64,000 bases of DNA from Promethearchaeota archaeon (GTDB lineage Archaea; Asgardarchaeota; Lokiarchaeia; Sigyniarchaeales; SOKP01): positions 32,001 through 96,000 of the forward strand of contig JBHLMP010000002.1 of the NCBI GenBank assembly GCA_048938025.1, given 5' to 3'. The notes under the pieces were generated by a model. It was not told where the DNA came from. It searched no databases and saw only the letters and a program-made list of their open reading frames with translations. Every line of letters begins with the position of its first letter. The stretch's first letter is position 1. This document shows positions 20,968 through 31,830 of this stretch, in pieces. The translations under genes and the position numbers were made by a program.

Positions 20968-22155
20968 ATGTTAAATCATAGATTAATAGATCCTCCTAAA
21001 GAGCCTGAAAAATTTGTAAAGGTAGCAGTACAATTTTTACATAAGTATGCTATGGATAAGAAAGTATTTTGTGCTCTTTCCGGTGGTATTGATAGTTCAT
21101 TAACATATCTATTATTAAAAGAAGCAGATATCAATACGATTCCCGTTTTCATAGACCATGGACTTATGAGGATTATAAGAGAAGTAGAAGAACGTGAGTA
21201 TATAAAAAGATTCTTCCCTGATATTGTGATTCTAGACATTAGAGAGCAATTTCTTCCTAAAATCCTAGGGGAAGGTGATGCTGAGAAAAAAAGACATCTT
21301 TTTAAAGATGTTTACTCGGGAACCATTAGTAAAGTAATCAGAGAAGAAAAATGTGATTTGCTTGCAGATGGAACAATTCTTCCAGATATTGAAGAAAGTT
21401 TTGGGGTAAAAATCACAGATTTAAAAGAGACAATGAATATTGAAGAAGAATTAACCTTAAAAGAAAAGTATAAACAAGGATTTGTGAAAAGTCAACATAA
21501 TGTTGAAATTGAATACGATGTTGAAGCCACAATTCAACCAGTTGCAAGTCTTACTAAAAATGAAGTACGTAGTATACTCGAATACTTCAACATGCCGCTG
21601 GAATTAGTTTATAGAAAAGCCTTTCCAGGACCTGCTTTAGCTGCAAGAATCATTGGTCCAGTTACTTATAACAACTTGAATTTTGAGAAGAAAGTACATG
21701 ATCTTGTAGAATCATCAGTAGAGGATTATTACAAGGAGAAATATGGGAAAACAATGATTATAAATCAAAATGGTGAGCAAGAACCATTCCAAGTTTTTGC
21801 TGCTATAAGTAAAGATATTCTTAACAAAAAGGTGACTGGTCTAGTAGATGGAAAGAGGATATATGAAATCCCTCTATGCGAAATTGGAAAGTGGGATTTT
21901 AAGAAACTTACTAAAAAAGCATCCAAAATAAAAGAATATGCAAGAGTCTTGTATAAATTAGGAACTAATCCAGAAGGCCTATATGATGTAGTTATAAGAT
22001 CTATTAATAGTATAGATGCAAGAACAGCAAGTGTTACTCATTTACCAATAGATTTTTTAAATAATTTGACACAAGAAATCCTTAAAATCTCTGAAACCAA
22101 CGCTGTTTTTTTTGATGTTACTCCAAAACCTCCAGCAACAATTGAATATGTTTGA
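20968..22155 (+). CDS. guaAB: GMP synthase, ATP-pyrophosphatase (B) subunit
   Basis: SGGIDS, GTILPD, KSQHNV, FPGPALAARI and DVTPKPPATIE motifs. No GATase domain. Confidence 0.85.
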   Translation: MLNHRLIDPPKEPEKFVKVAVQFLHKYAMDKKVFCALSGGIDSSLTYLLLKEADINTIPVFIDHGLMRIIREVEEREYIKRFFPDIVILDIREQFLPKILGEGDAEKKRHLFKDVYSGTISKVIREEKCDLLADGTILPDIEESFGVKITDLKETMNIEEELTLKEKYKQGFVKSQHNVEIEYDVEATIQPVASLTKNEVRSILEYFNMPLELVYRKAFPGPALAARIIGPVTYNNLNFEKKVHDLVESSVEDYYKEKYGKTMIINQNGEQEPFQVFAAISKDILNKKVTGLVDGKRIYEIPLCEIGKWDFKKLTKKASKIKEYARVLYKLGTNPEGLYDVVIRSINSIDARTASVTHLPIDFLNNLTQEILKISETNAVFFDVTPKPPATIEYV

Positions 22156-22325
22156 ATCTTGGAAATATAATCAATTTTCAATAAGGCTCAGGTATAATAT
22201 TAACTGTATAAGTTGCTTTCATACTTTCTTTATAATTAAATCCTTTAAACATAAAAAATAAGAATGATTATTGAAATTAATTAGGAGGATTATTTATTAT
22301 AAAAAATATCTCATTTTTGTAAAAA

Positions 22326-24251
22326 ATGTTGTTAAAAACAAAGAATGAATGGTTTATTGATGAAAAGGGTAGAACAGTATTATTGAGAGGGGTTAATTTA
22401 GGAGGGAGTACAAAAGTTCCTTTTACTCCTAATGGAGCAACTCATATTAAAACTGATTTTAGTGATCATAGAGACGTCTCATTTATAGGTAGACCTTTTC
22501 CAATAAAAGAAGCAGATGAACATTTATCACGATTAAAACACTGGGGTTTTAATTGCTTAAGATTTCTCGTGACTTGGGAGGCAATTGAACATAAGGGTCC
22601 GAAGCAATACGATAAGGAATATTTAGATTATGTAGCAGAGGTTTTAAAGATTGCTGAAAGTCATAAATTTTACACGTTCATAGATCCTCATCAAGATGTC
22701 TGGAGTAGAATGACGGGAGGGGATGGTGCCCCTGGTTGGACATTTGAAAAAGTAGGGTTAGATTTTACAAAGTTTGATGCTTCTGATGTTGCATTAGTTA
22801 TGCAATATAGATATGACCTTAATAATCCTTCTGCATACCCTCCAATGCAATGGTCTAGTAATGCCATAAGATTTGCTAATGCAACTATGTGGACCTTATT
22901 TTTTGGTGGAAAGGATTTTACTCCTTCTTGTAAAATTGATGGAATAAATGCCCAGGACTATTTACAGGAACATTATATAAATGCTATAAAACAAATTGCT
23001 ATACAAGTAAAAGATAATCCCTATGTAATTGGTTTCGACATTCTTAACGAACCTGAGCAAGGATGGATTGAAAAAAAAGTAGATGGTGTTGGAGCTGAAA
23101 AGTTTACTGAACCATTAGGATATGTATTTACTCCTATTGATGCTATGTTAACTGGTTCTGGATATACAAGAGTTGTAGGATTTAATGAAATAAAACGACT
23201 TGGAATTAAGCAGACCAGAATAGATGAAATGAATAAAAAAAATGTGTCATGTTGGCTCAAAGACACAGATGATATTTGGAAAAAAGAAGGTATCTGGGGG
23301 TTAGATAAAAATGGAGAACCAATAATTCTTAACAATGATTATTTTGTATTGAAAAATGGTGAAAATGTAGATTTTTATAGAGATTACCTCTCCCCGTTTA
23401 CTAATAGCTATAGTGAATCAATTAGAAAAGTAATTCCACACACTATCATCTTTTTTGAATCACACCCGATAAGAGTTCTAAAAGGTGAAAAATTTACTCT
23501 TAATGTTCCTGAAAATGCAGTACACGCAGGACATTGGTATGATGGCATTACATTAGTGACTAAGCGATCAATGATAAAGGCTAATTATGATATATTAACT
23601 AATAAAGTGGTTATGGGAAAAAAAAATGTTCAAGCAATGTTCATTAATCAATTAAGTAATATAAAAAACATTGCAGATTCTATTCATGGAGGAATTCCCA
23701 CTTTAATAGGGGAATTTGGATTACCATATGATCTTAATAAAAAAGAAGCATTTCAAAAGTTTAAAACTAATCCCGATGATGCTTGGGAAAAACATATAAA
23801 ACTATTAACTATGTACTATAATGCTCTAGATGCGAATTTATTACATGCAACTCAATGGAATTATACTGCCGATAATAATAATGAATGGGGAGATCTATGG
23901 AATATGGAAGATCTTTCAATTTTTAGTAGGGATCAACAGCTAGATCCAAATGATATTAACAGTGGTGGAAGGGCAATTGAAGGATTTTCTCGCCCTCGTT
24001 TTATTTATTGTGCCGGATCACCAATAAAGATGGAGTTTAATTTCAAAGAAAAATCGTTTAATTTCGAATTTGATGCAGATTCTTCTATAAGAGCACCCAC
24101 GATAATTTATGTACCGAAAATTCAATACCCAAATGGTTATGAAATTAAAGTTTCTGAAGGAAAAATAATTGAAAAAGCAGATGAGCAACTAGTTCACATA
24201 GAAATAGAAAAAGATGGAATCCATGCAGTTAATATAATAAAAAAAATGTAA
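22326..24251 (+). CDS. GH5 glycosidase, endoglycoceramidase-related (EGCrP / GH5_12-like)
   Basis: LRGVNLGG, FIGRPFP, WEAIEH, DPHQDVWSR.TGGDGAP, NEP (acid/base), GEFG (nucleophile) and WNYTADN motifs. Confidence 0.85.
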   Translation: MLLKTKNEWFIDEKGRTVLLRGVNLGGSTKVPFTPNGATHIKTDFSDHRDVSFIGRPFPIKEADEHLSRLKHWGFNCLRFLVTWEAIEHKGPKQYDKEYLDYVAEVLKIAESHKFYTFIDPHQDVWSRMTGGDGAPGWTFEKVGLDFTKFDASDVALVMQYRYDLNNPSAYPPMQWSSNAIRFANATMWTLFFGGKDFTPSCKIDGINAQDYLQEHYINAIKQIAIQVKDNPYVIGFDILNEPEQGWIEKKVDGVGAEKFTEPLGYVFTPIDAMLTGSGYTRVVGFNEIKRLGIKQTRIDEMNKKNVSCWLKDTDDIWKKEGIWGLDKNGEPIILNNDYFVLKNGENVDFYRDYLSPFTNSYSESIRKVIPHTIIFFESHPIRVLKGEKFTLNVPENAVHAGHWYDGITLVTKRSMIKANYDILTNKVVMGKKNVQAMFINQLSNIKNIADSIHGGIPTLIGEFGLPYDLNKKEAFQKFKTNPDDAWEKHIKLLTMYYNALDANLLHATQWNYTADNNNEWGDLWNMEDLSIFSRDQQLDPNDINSGGRAIEGFSRPRFIYCAGSPIKMEFNFKEKSFNFEFDADSSIRAPTIIYVPKIQYPNGYEIKVSEGKIIEKADEQLVHIEIEKDGIHAVNIIKKM

Positions 24252-24358
24252 AATTTTTGTGATATAATTTTCTTTTTAATACTGAATAGATATATAAATT
24301 TAAATGGTATCTCGATAAAAAACTGATAAAAATTATTAAACAAGAGTGAAAAATTATT

Positions 24359-25165
24359 ATGAATAAACACCAAAAAATGATTATTACTGCAACAACAGCT
24401 AACTCCTGGATATATCCAGAGCTAAAAAATTGGTCACAGACAGCTGATGATTTAATCACTGATGTCATAAAATGTTATGAAGCGGGAGCCTCTATTGCTC
24501 ATGTACATTTACCTAGGGGGGAAGAGGTGGAGGTTGTCCAAAGAATAAGAGATAAATGTGATATTATAATTCAAGCAGGAATGTCGATCGAATCAATTCC
24601 AAACAGAAAGGGTGATTTTAAATCTAAACCAGATATGATGTCAGTAATGTTAAGTCATCATGCAGAACATTTTACTCAAATTACTGTTGATGTTTTGCAT
24701 CCTTTAAATGAGTTAGAAGAGTATTGTAAAAAGTGTAAGGAATATAATGTAAAACCGGAATGGGAAGTTTGGCACACAGGTTCATTTTGGAATTTAAAGT
24801 ATTTAATTGATATTGGATTATTAGATTGGTCAAAACCTCATTTTTTAACCTTATTTTTTAACTGGCCAGGAGGAACTTGGACACCTCCGAAGTATGATGA
24901 GTATATGCATAGGAAAAATTACATACCATCGGATTGTATACATAACGTTAGCGTAATGGGTGAAGAACAAATGAAATTATTAGTTTTTGTTCTTACTCAT
25001 GGGGGTAATATTAGGGTAGGAACGGAAGATTATCCCTTTTTAAGCAAGGGAAAACCAGCAAGAGATAATGCCGAAATAATAGAACAATATGTGAATATCA
25101 GTAAATATGTAGAACGAGAGATAGCAGACCCTACAGAAGCACGGAAAATGTTAGGATTAAAATAG
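24359..25165 (+). CDS. Beta-keto acid cleavage enzyme (BKACE / 3-keto-5-aminohexanoate cleavage family)
   Basis: AGASIAHVH, KPEWE, RVGTED and IADPTEARKMLG motifs. Confidence 0.85.
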   Translation: MNKHQKMIITATTANSWIYPELKNWSQTADDLITDVIKCYEAGASIAHVHLPRGEEVEVVQRIRDKCDIIIQAGMSIESIPNRKGDFKSKPDMMSVMLSHHAEHFTQITVDVLHPLNELEEYCKKCKEYNVKPEWEVWHTGSFWNLKYLIDIGLLDWSKPHFLTLFFNWPGGTWTPPKYDEYMHRKNYIPSDCIHNVSVMGEEQMKLLVFVLTHGGNIRVGTEDYPFLSKGKPARDNAEIIEQYVNISKYVEREIADPTEARKMLGLK

Positions 25166-25173
25166 GTGAAATT

Positions 25174-25350
25174 ATGAAATTAAAGGATAGAATTGCAATT
25201 ATAACTGGAACCGGAGTAGGTATAGGCGAAGCAACTGCTTTTTTATTTGCTAAGGAAGGTGCTAAAGTATGGTGTAATTTAATATCTAAATCTGCTAAAA
25301 TAGTCGCTGAAAAAATCAAATTAAAAAATAAGAAAAAGGTAATAACTTAA
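25174..25350 (+). pseudogene. Truncated SDR oxidoreductase (N-terminal Rossmann fragment only)
   Basis: GGTGA SD, then MKLKDRIAIITGTGVGIGEATAFLFAKEGAKV, stop after 58 aa. Not in the ORF track. Confidence 0.75.
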
Positions 25351-25365
25351 TCTTAAATGATTTAA

Positions 25366-26322
25366 TCAGGAAATATCTCGTTTTTTCAACATAAATGTTC
25401 CAATAAGTAAAAAGGTTCCTCCAATAATGATTAAATAGAGAAATGAAGCTACAGGATGGTAATAATGGGTTATAACATACCCATAACCATCTCCAGTATC
25501 AACGTATTTTGTAATACCAAACATTGAAAACATAGCCCCTAAATAATCCCAAATATCAGGGACAAAAAATTCTCCGATCCACATGAATACATTAGCAAAA
25601 TGATATCCTATGTCGAAATTGTATAATAAGTATTTTTCATATCTATTTACACCATAACCATACCCTATTAATAATGGTTTGAACATCATAAAAACGAGAA
25701 ATGAAAAAATTACTAACGCAAGCGGGAAGAGTAAAACATTCCTTGGTTTTTCAAATATTGATGAAAAACCCATGGTTATTCCTCCAAAAAAGAATATTAT
25801 AATCAATGAATAGAGAAAATTCATCCCTAAATAAGAAGCAATATCAACAAATGGATATTTAATTGTTGCAATTATACAAACTATAGATAAGCTCACGAAA
25901 CTTACTACTATTCCAAATAGATAAAGAGCAACAAACTTACTTAATACTATTTTTGTTCGATTAATTGGTTTGCTTACTAGAAATAACATCGTTCCTGTTC
26001 TTAATTCTTCAGAAATTAAGGGTCCCGTAGAACCAATAATAATGATTGGAAACATTATGGCAAAATTGTAATACCATGTAACAAATCCTAATCCTGCTAT
26101 CTCTATTACTGATTTTTCTCCAGACAGTGGGGGCATAAAAGCAAATATTAATGCAGGGACTAATACCATGAAAAAAGTCGTAATAATAAGTCTTTTTATC
26201 GTACATAAATCAAAAATAAACGTTTTCTTGATCATTGCAATAGAAGGTATTGAGCTTATTCCTGAAAAAGGATTTCCTTCTTTAAGATTTTCTTTAATTG
26301 GATTGGATTCAGGAGTATTCAT
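25366..26322 (-). CDS. ABC-2 type transporter permease
   Basis: About six hydrophobic segments, ISEELRTGT..LVSKPINR motif, C-terminal KKRDIS. Confidence 0.85.
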   Translation of the reverse strand: MNTPESNPIKENLKEGNPFSGISSIPSIAMIKKTFIFDLCTIKRLIITTFFMVLVPALIFAFMPPLSGEKSVIEIAGLGFVTWYYNFAIMFPIIIIGSTGPLISEELRTGTMLFLVSKPINRTKIVLSKFVALYLFGIVVSFVSLSIVCIIATIKYPFVDIASYLGMNFLYSLIIIFFFGGITMGFSSIFEKPRNVLLFPLALVIFSFLVFMMFKPLLIGYGYGVNRYEKYLLYNFDIGYHFANVFMWIGEFFVPDIWDYLGAMFSMFGITKYVDTGDGYGYVITHYYHPVASFLYLIIIGGTFLLIGTFMLKKRDIS

Positions 26323-27305
26323 TCATTCTTCACCTCATCTTCCATTATTTCTATAAAAATATCCTGTAAAGAAGTTTCAGGTTGATGAAACTCTCTTAAA
26401 ATTACATCATTTTCGATTATAATTCCAGGAATGGCTTTCTGAAGCATTTCAATATCTCTTGATAAGATATGTATTTTATTATCTTGTTTATCAATCCAGA
26501 CATTTCCTATATAATCTTTTTCCTTTAATTGTGGAATAATTTTTTCATTTGAACTGGTATCTAAAATAGTGATATTGCGACCAGCTTTAATTGAATGCAT
26601 TTTTTTGATATTTTTGATGGTGTCTGCAAGAACTATTTTTCCTTTGTTAATCATCGTGACTTTTTCGCACATTTGTTCAATTTCAGATAAAATATGGCTT
26701 GAAACAAACACGCTAACATCTTTTGATAATTCTTTAATGTCTTTTATAATATTAGACCTTCCGATAGGATCTAAATTTGATGTTGGTTCATCCAATATTA
26801 ACAATTTAGGTTCATGTAAAAGAGCAGCGGCAATCCCAATTCTCTGTTTCATTCCCTCTGAATATTTTCCAATTTGCCTATCTCGAGCTTCAAATAACTC
26901 TAATTTTTTTAATAGTTCAAGAGTTTTTTCTTTTGAATTATTTCTTCTCAAACCACTTAATTCCCCTATATATATTAAGTATTGTTCTCCAGTCATGTTA
27001 TCATAAAAAGCAGGGTCTTGAGGTAAAAAACCTATTATTCGGCGCGCTCTTATAGAACCTGCATCTTCACCTTTAATTTTCGCTTCTCCATCAGTAATAG
27101 AAATTGCTCCTATTAACATATTGATTGTTGAAGTTTTTCCCGCACCGTTTGGACCTAAAAATCCGTGAACTCCTGGCTCCACTGAAATATCAATTTTATT
27201 TACTGCTTTTATACTTTGTTCTCCTCTACCATAAATTTTTGTTAAATTATGTGTCCAGATTTCTGGTACTACTGATTTTTCTTTTATCATATTTTTTTTA
27301 CCCAT
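26319..27305 (-). CDS. ABC transporter ATP-binding protein
   Basis: GPNGAGKTS, YSEGMKQR, LILDEPT and SSH motifs. Confidence 0.93.
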   Translation of the reverse strand: MGKKNMIKEKSVVPEIWTHNLTKIYGRGEQSIKAVNKIDISVEPGVHGFLGPNGAGKTSTINMLIGAISITDGEAKIKGEDAGSIRARRIIGFLPQDPAFYDNMTGEQYLIYIGELSGLRRNNSKEKTLELLKKLELFEARDRQIGKYSEGMKQRIGIAAALLHEPKLLILDEPTSNLDPIGRSNIIKDIKELSKDVSVFVSSHILSEIEQMCEKVTMINKGKIVLADTIKNIKKMHSIKAGRNITILDTSSNEKIIPQLKEKDYIGNVWIDKQDNKIHILSRDIEMLQKAIPGIIIENDVILREFHQPETSLQDIFIEIMEDEVKNE

Positions 27306-27457
27306 TCTCCTTTTATTTTTTTAAAATTTTTTACAAAGATGGATTGTGCCTATATTTTTTGGATATATGTTTAATATAAATTTTTTATACTAATAAAATT
27401 AATATTATTGAAAATGATAATAATAGAATATAGAATATCGAAAGAGATGAAAAAATA

Positions 27458-27880
27458 ATGATGAATGAAGATTTAAAAAGTTTTATCCAAGAACATTTAG
27501 GTTATACTGATGAAGAAATGAAGATATTTTTGGAAAACCCAAAAAATATTAAAATTCTTGCCAAAGCACCTAAAATAATGAATAAAACAATTGTTATTGA
27601 AGTTATGAAATCACATGGATGCAATAGCCAACATAAGGAGGGTGATAAGTTTTATTTTGATGGAATGGGTAATCTCCTTACAAAACTTTGCCCAAAAAGA
27701 ATCTGCATTTCCGCTTTGAGTGCCGTTGAAAAATTAATTTATGCCGCTACTGCCCTTATATATGCAGGATCAGATCCTAACGAGATGGAATTTAACAGAG
27801 TTGGGTGTTCTGATGTAGGACTGCAGTGTGGTGGATGGGGCAATATTGTCATGGAAATTAGAGTGGAAGATCGTAAATAA
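27458..27880 (+). CDS. Cys-rich hypothetical protein (TIGR04076-like)
   Basis: GCNSQHKEGDKF, CPKRIC and GCSDVGLQCGGWG motifs. Confidence 0.6.
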   Translation: MMNEDLKSFIQEHLGYTDEEMKIFLENPKNIKILAKAPKIMNKTIVIEVMKSHGCNSQHKEGDKFYFDGMGNLLTKLCPKRICISALSAVEKLIYAATALIYAGSDPNEMEFNRVGCSDVGLQCGGWGNIVMEIRVEDRK

Positions 27881-27941
27881 GAGTATAATTAATTTGAACT
27901 TCTTTCTAATAATCTTATTGTAATTAAAAACAGATAAAAAA

Positions 27942-29435
27942 ATGGAAATCAAAAAGGTTAAGATCCAAACTATTTTTATTAGTAAACCACAGTGGGAAGC
28001 TGGATGGCCTTATATAGGTTATGATAACGAACAAATGAAAAAATTTATTCTTGACCATTTAAACCAGAAATTTCCAGATATTCAGTTCAGTAGCAATGAA
28101 GTCATTACAAATTATGACAAAAAATTAATTGAAAAGATTAAAGAAGATATTGAAAAATCAGATGGAGTTCTAATATATACAATTGGACATTATGGAGATC
28201 CTGGAATTGTAGAAGCAGGCATAGAAATTATTAAAATTGGAAAGCCTACTATTCTTATCAATATTATATACGGAGGGGATCACACATTTACAAAAATTTA
28301 TACAAAAATAAAGGGTGAAAATTTACCAATTTATCCGATATCCTCTCAAAATATTGAAGATTTTGACGATACTATTGAAATTATGCATAACATCCTTCAG
28401 ATTAGAGGAAAAAAGATTTTAATCTATGCTAGTGAATCAAAAGACATAAACTGGAAAACAATATTAGATTTAGTAAATCTAGAACGTAAAAGAATTATTA
28501 TGGATCATCCGGAATTCATTGAGCAAGTTGGAAAGATGAGTGGTGAAAAGTATGAGTTTTATACTGATCTAGATGGATTTGATCAAGCTCACCAGTGGAG
28601 AAAAGATGAGAATAAATACCAAGAAAATTTAAAAGAGATTTTTGGTGTGGAACTGCAAAAAGAAAATCCAGATGTAATCCTTAGCTATTATGATAAAGTA
28701 GAGGAAGAAGAAGCAAAAAAGATTGCAAAGAAATGGATTAATAATGCTAAAAAAGTTCAACCTACTGAAAAAACAATAATAAATTCTGCGAAATTATATC
28801 TTGCTTTTAAAAAGATTTTAACTGAAAAAAAAGGTGAAATACTCGCACCTGATTGCGGTACGTTATTATTACTAGGTAAAATGCCTGCCTACCCTTGTAT
28901 GGCATTTTTCGAATTAACTAATGAGAGAATATATGGTATTTGTGAGTCAGATCTTGATTGTGCAATTAGTTATTTGTTTGGATTGTATTTAACCAATCGA
29001 CCAGGATTTGTATCTAATCATACTCTTGATTTACTTAATAATCAAATAACTTATCTGCATTGTGTGGCCGCAAATAGATTATACGGTGTCAATGGTCCTT
29101 CTGCTGACTTTGATATAGTATATCATGGCGAAACTCATATTATAGGGGCATCACCACGAGTTAAATTCCCAATAGGTCAATTAGCAACAACTATAAAAAT
29201 AAGCATTTTCGAAAGGAAGATTGCTATCCGCCAAGGTAAAATCATAGATAATATTATAGATGATCGTGCTTGCGTCTCAAAAATGCTAGTAGAAGGTGAT
29301 ACAAAGAAAATTTTAGATAATTACGATTGGGATACTTTTGGGTGGCATAGAGTGACTTTTGTTGGTGATTGGAAAGATAAATTTATAATTGGAGCTAAAA
29401 TTTTGGGATTAGAGGTTGTAGAGGAAGATAAATAA
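27942..29435 (+). CDS. L-fucose/L-arabinose isomerase-like protein
   Basis: PCMAF, CESD, YLHC, and C-terminal HRV..VGD of the fucose-isomerase fold. Confidence 0.65.
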   Translation: MEIKKVKIQTIFISKPQWEAGWPYIGYDNEQMKKFILDHLNQKFPDIQFSSNEVITNYDKKLIEKIKEDIEKSDGVLIYTIGHYGDPGIVEAGIEIIKIGKPTILINIIYGGDHTFTKIYTKIKGENLPIYPISSQNIEDFDDTIEIMHNILQIRGKKILIYASESKDINWKTILDLVNLERKRIIMDHPEFIEQVGKMSGEKYEFYTDLDGFDQAHQWRKDENKYQENLKEIFGVELQKENPDVILSYYDKVEEEEAKKIAKKWINNAKKVQPTEKTIINSAKLYLAFKKILTEKKGEILAPDCGTLLLLGKMPAYPCMAFFELTNERIYGICESDLDCAISYLFGLYLTNRPGFVSNHTLDLLNNQITYLHCVAANRLYGVNGPSADFDIVYHGETHIIGASPRVKFPIGQLATTIKISIFERKIAIRQGKIIDNIIDDRACVSKMLVEGDTKKILDNYDWDTFGWHRVTFVGDWKDKFIIGAKILGLEVVEEDK

Positions 29436-29543
29436 TTATCCTTTTCTAAATTAGTGCTTCTCTGATTATGTTTTGGAAATATTAAAATATTAATCTAACA
29501 AATTAACATTTACACTAAAGTTTTTATGAAAATCTAAAGGAAT

Positions 29544-30884
29544 TTGAAAATCAATATAACTCAAGAAGAAATAATTGAAAGAAGTAAAAGTACGCCGAGG
29601 AAGTACTTAACATTTGCCCTACCTAATTTATCAACGTCATTAGTTATGGGATTTGCAGACTTTGCGCTTTTTACCCTTTATGCAAGAGCATATGAACTTA
29701 ACACTGTTCTGGTCGGTATTGCTTTAGCTCTTGGAAAGCTCGCTGTAGCTTCTTCCCAGTTTTTCTTTGGATGGTTAAGTGATTCTAAATATACCAAATG
29801 GGGAAGAAGAAAACCATATTTAGTGATTCTAAGTCCAATTTTAACTATCTCATTCCTATTACTATTATTACCAATTCTAGTAATTGATTATACTAATACA
29901 ACAGCTCTATTTAGTTGGTTATTAATTTGGAACATCATATTTAATCTTAGTTATGGAATTACTTCTCCATATCTTTCATGGATGGCGGAACAATTTACAG
30001 TTGAAGATCGTCCTAAAGCATCTCAATATCTAAGTATTATTGGCTTTATTGGTACGGCTGTAATGTCAGTTTTTTCATTACTTGTTTTGACAGATTTTGA
30101 TGATAAATTGAAAGCGAATCCAGATACCATCCCAGCAGAGTTTTTATATAGTGTGATTATCTTTTCTGTTCTGCCTTTAATATTATTTTACTTAACAACC
30201 TTTTTAATACAAATAGAGCCTCATTTTAAAATAAAATCAAAGATGATCCAAAATTTAAAAATTATTTTAAAGAATAGGAATTTCTTGCTAGTTACAATTA
30301 TGCAGGGTATATGTTCTGTCGCATTTATAATGATAGGTCAAACCATGTTATTATTTACTGAAAAAGTCTTAAAATTAAAGGATATGGATTATTATATAGT
30401 AGCAGGTTTAATGGTTATTGGTATTATTACAGCTATCTATCTCTGGAGAAAACTAATAGAGCATTTTGGTAAAAAAAAAACTCTCTTATACGTTTTTCTA
30501 TCAGCAATTATTTTCCTTCCAACGACTTTAATAGGGGCGATTCCAATGGATTCTTATCTAATTTTTGGGATTATTTTTATTCTTGGAATAGCAGCATGTT
30601 TAGGAGGATGGTTTCTCTTTCCTAATATTATGTATGCTGACATTGCTGAAGATGATGAAAAAGAAACAGGAGAACTGAGAGCAGGGATATATATGGGATT
30701 TCCAAGTATAACTCTTAATATTTTTCAAGCAATTGGGTTACTTTTATTAGGCTTTATATTGGATTTGCCAAAAGGCTTAGGCTTTCTGATCTGGGGGCCC
30801 ATTTGCTCAATTATTCTAATTATAGCTTATCTCTATACTGAACGGTTTATAAAAATTGATTTTGATTGGGAAAAACATAAATAA
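29544..30884 (+). CDS. MFS transporter, GPH (glycoside/sugar) family
   Basis: GWLSD...KWGRRKPY, ADIAEDDE..TG..RAG, about 12 TM segments. Confidence 0.85.
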   Translation: MKINITQEEIIERSKSTPRKYLTFALPNLSTSLVMGFADFALFTLYARAYELNTVLVGIALALGKLAVASSQFFFGWLSDSKYTKWGRRKPYLVILSPILTISFLLLLLPILVIDYTNTTALFSWLLIWNIIFNLSYGITSPYLSWMAEQFTVEDRPKASQYLSIIGFIGTAVMSVFSLLVLTDFDDKLKANPDTIPAEFLYSVIIFSVLPLILFYLTTFLIQIEPHFKIKSKMIQNLKIILKNRNFLLVTIMQGICSVAFIMIGQTMLLFTEKVLKLKDMDYYIVAGLMVIGIITAIYLWRKLIEHFGKKKTLLYVFLSAIIFLPTTLIGAIPMDSYLIFGIIFILGIAACLGGWFLFPNIMYADIAEDDEKETGELRAGIYMGFPSITLNIFQAIGLLLLGFILDLPKGLGFLIWGPICSIILIIAYLYTERFIKIDFDWEKHK

Positions 30885-30941
30885 AAATTTATGCAACCTT
30901 CCTTTTTTTTTATATAATTAATTTTCAAAGGTTGATATAAA

Positions 30942-31796
30942 TTGGAATGTGAACTTAAGCGAATTAAAATTTACTATGAAATATACGGCGAAGGACATCC
31001 AATTCTTATGATTCATGGTTTTATGCCTGATCATCGGTTAATGAAAGGATGCATGGAACCCATTTTTAAAGATAGACCAAACTATAAACGTATTTATTTT
31101 GATTTACCAGGAATGGGAAAAACTAAAAGTAAACAATGGATAAAAAATTCTGATCAAATATTCGAACTAGTCTTAGAATTTATAGACAAGATAATTCCAA
31201 ATCAATCGTTTATAATTGCTAGTGAATCATATGGATGTTATTTAGCACGTGGGCTTATCTACAAAAGAATGAAATTTATCGATGGAGTATTATTTTTATG
31301 TCCTCTTATAATACCTCAACCCTCAAAGCGTTCTCTACCAGAACCTATAACTCTGAAAGAAGATAGAAAACTTCTTTCAAAATTAAGTTCTCAAGACAGG
31401 GAAGAGTTTAAAGGTACGGCAGTAGTCCAAAATCAAAGAATTTGGGAAAGGTTTAAGGAGGAAGTTTTAAATGGTATTAGGATTGCAGATGATGAATTTT
31501 TAAACGAGATATTTGAAAAAGGTTATGCATTTTCTTTTGATGTTGATAAGTTAATTTTGAGATTCGATAAACCTACATTATTTCTACTAGGAAGACAAGA
31601 TATTAGTGTGGGTTATAGAGACGCATGGAACACCATTGAACAATACCCTCGAGCTACTTTTGCCATCTTAGATGAAGCAGGACATATTCTTGAAATTGAA
31701 AAAGAAATACTATTTAATTATTTAGTTAATGAGTGGTTAGATCGGGTTGAATATTATATTTCTTCAGAAATACAACAAAATAAAGATAGAAAATAA
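30942..31796 (+). CDS. Alpha/beta hydrolase
   Basis: HGF, DLPGMG, ESYG nucleophile elbow, GRQD and AGH motifs. Confidence 0.88.
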   Translation: MECELKRIKIYYEIYGEGHPILMIHGFMPDHRLMKGCMEPIFKDRPNYKRIYFDLPGMGKTKSKQWIKNSDQIFELVLEFIDKIIPNQSFIIASESYGCYLARGLIYKRMKFIDGVLFLCPLIIPQPSKRSLPEPITLKEDRKLLSKLSSQDREEFKGTAVVQNQRIWERFKEEVLNGIRIADDEFLNEIFEKGYAFSFDVDKLILRFDKPTLFLLGRQDISVGYRDAWNTIEQYPRATFAILDEAGHILEIEKEILFNYLVNEWLDRVEYYISSEIQQNKDRK

Positions 31797-31830
31797 AAAT
31801 AAGAATTTTGTTTTTGATCTTTTAATCAAA

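Noticed and set aside
22178-22252. 24-aa minus-strand ORF MFKGFNYKESMKATYTVNIIPEPY
   Set aside because: Too short, no SD, no recognisable homology.
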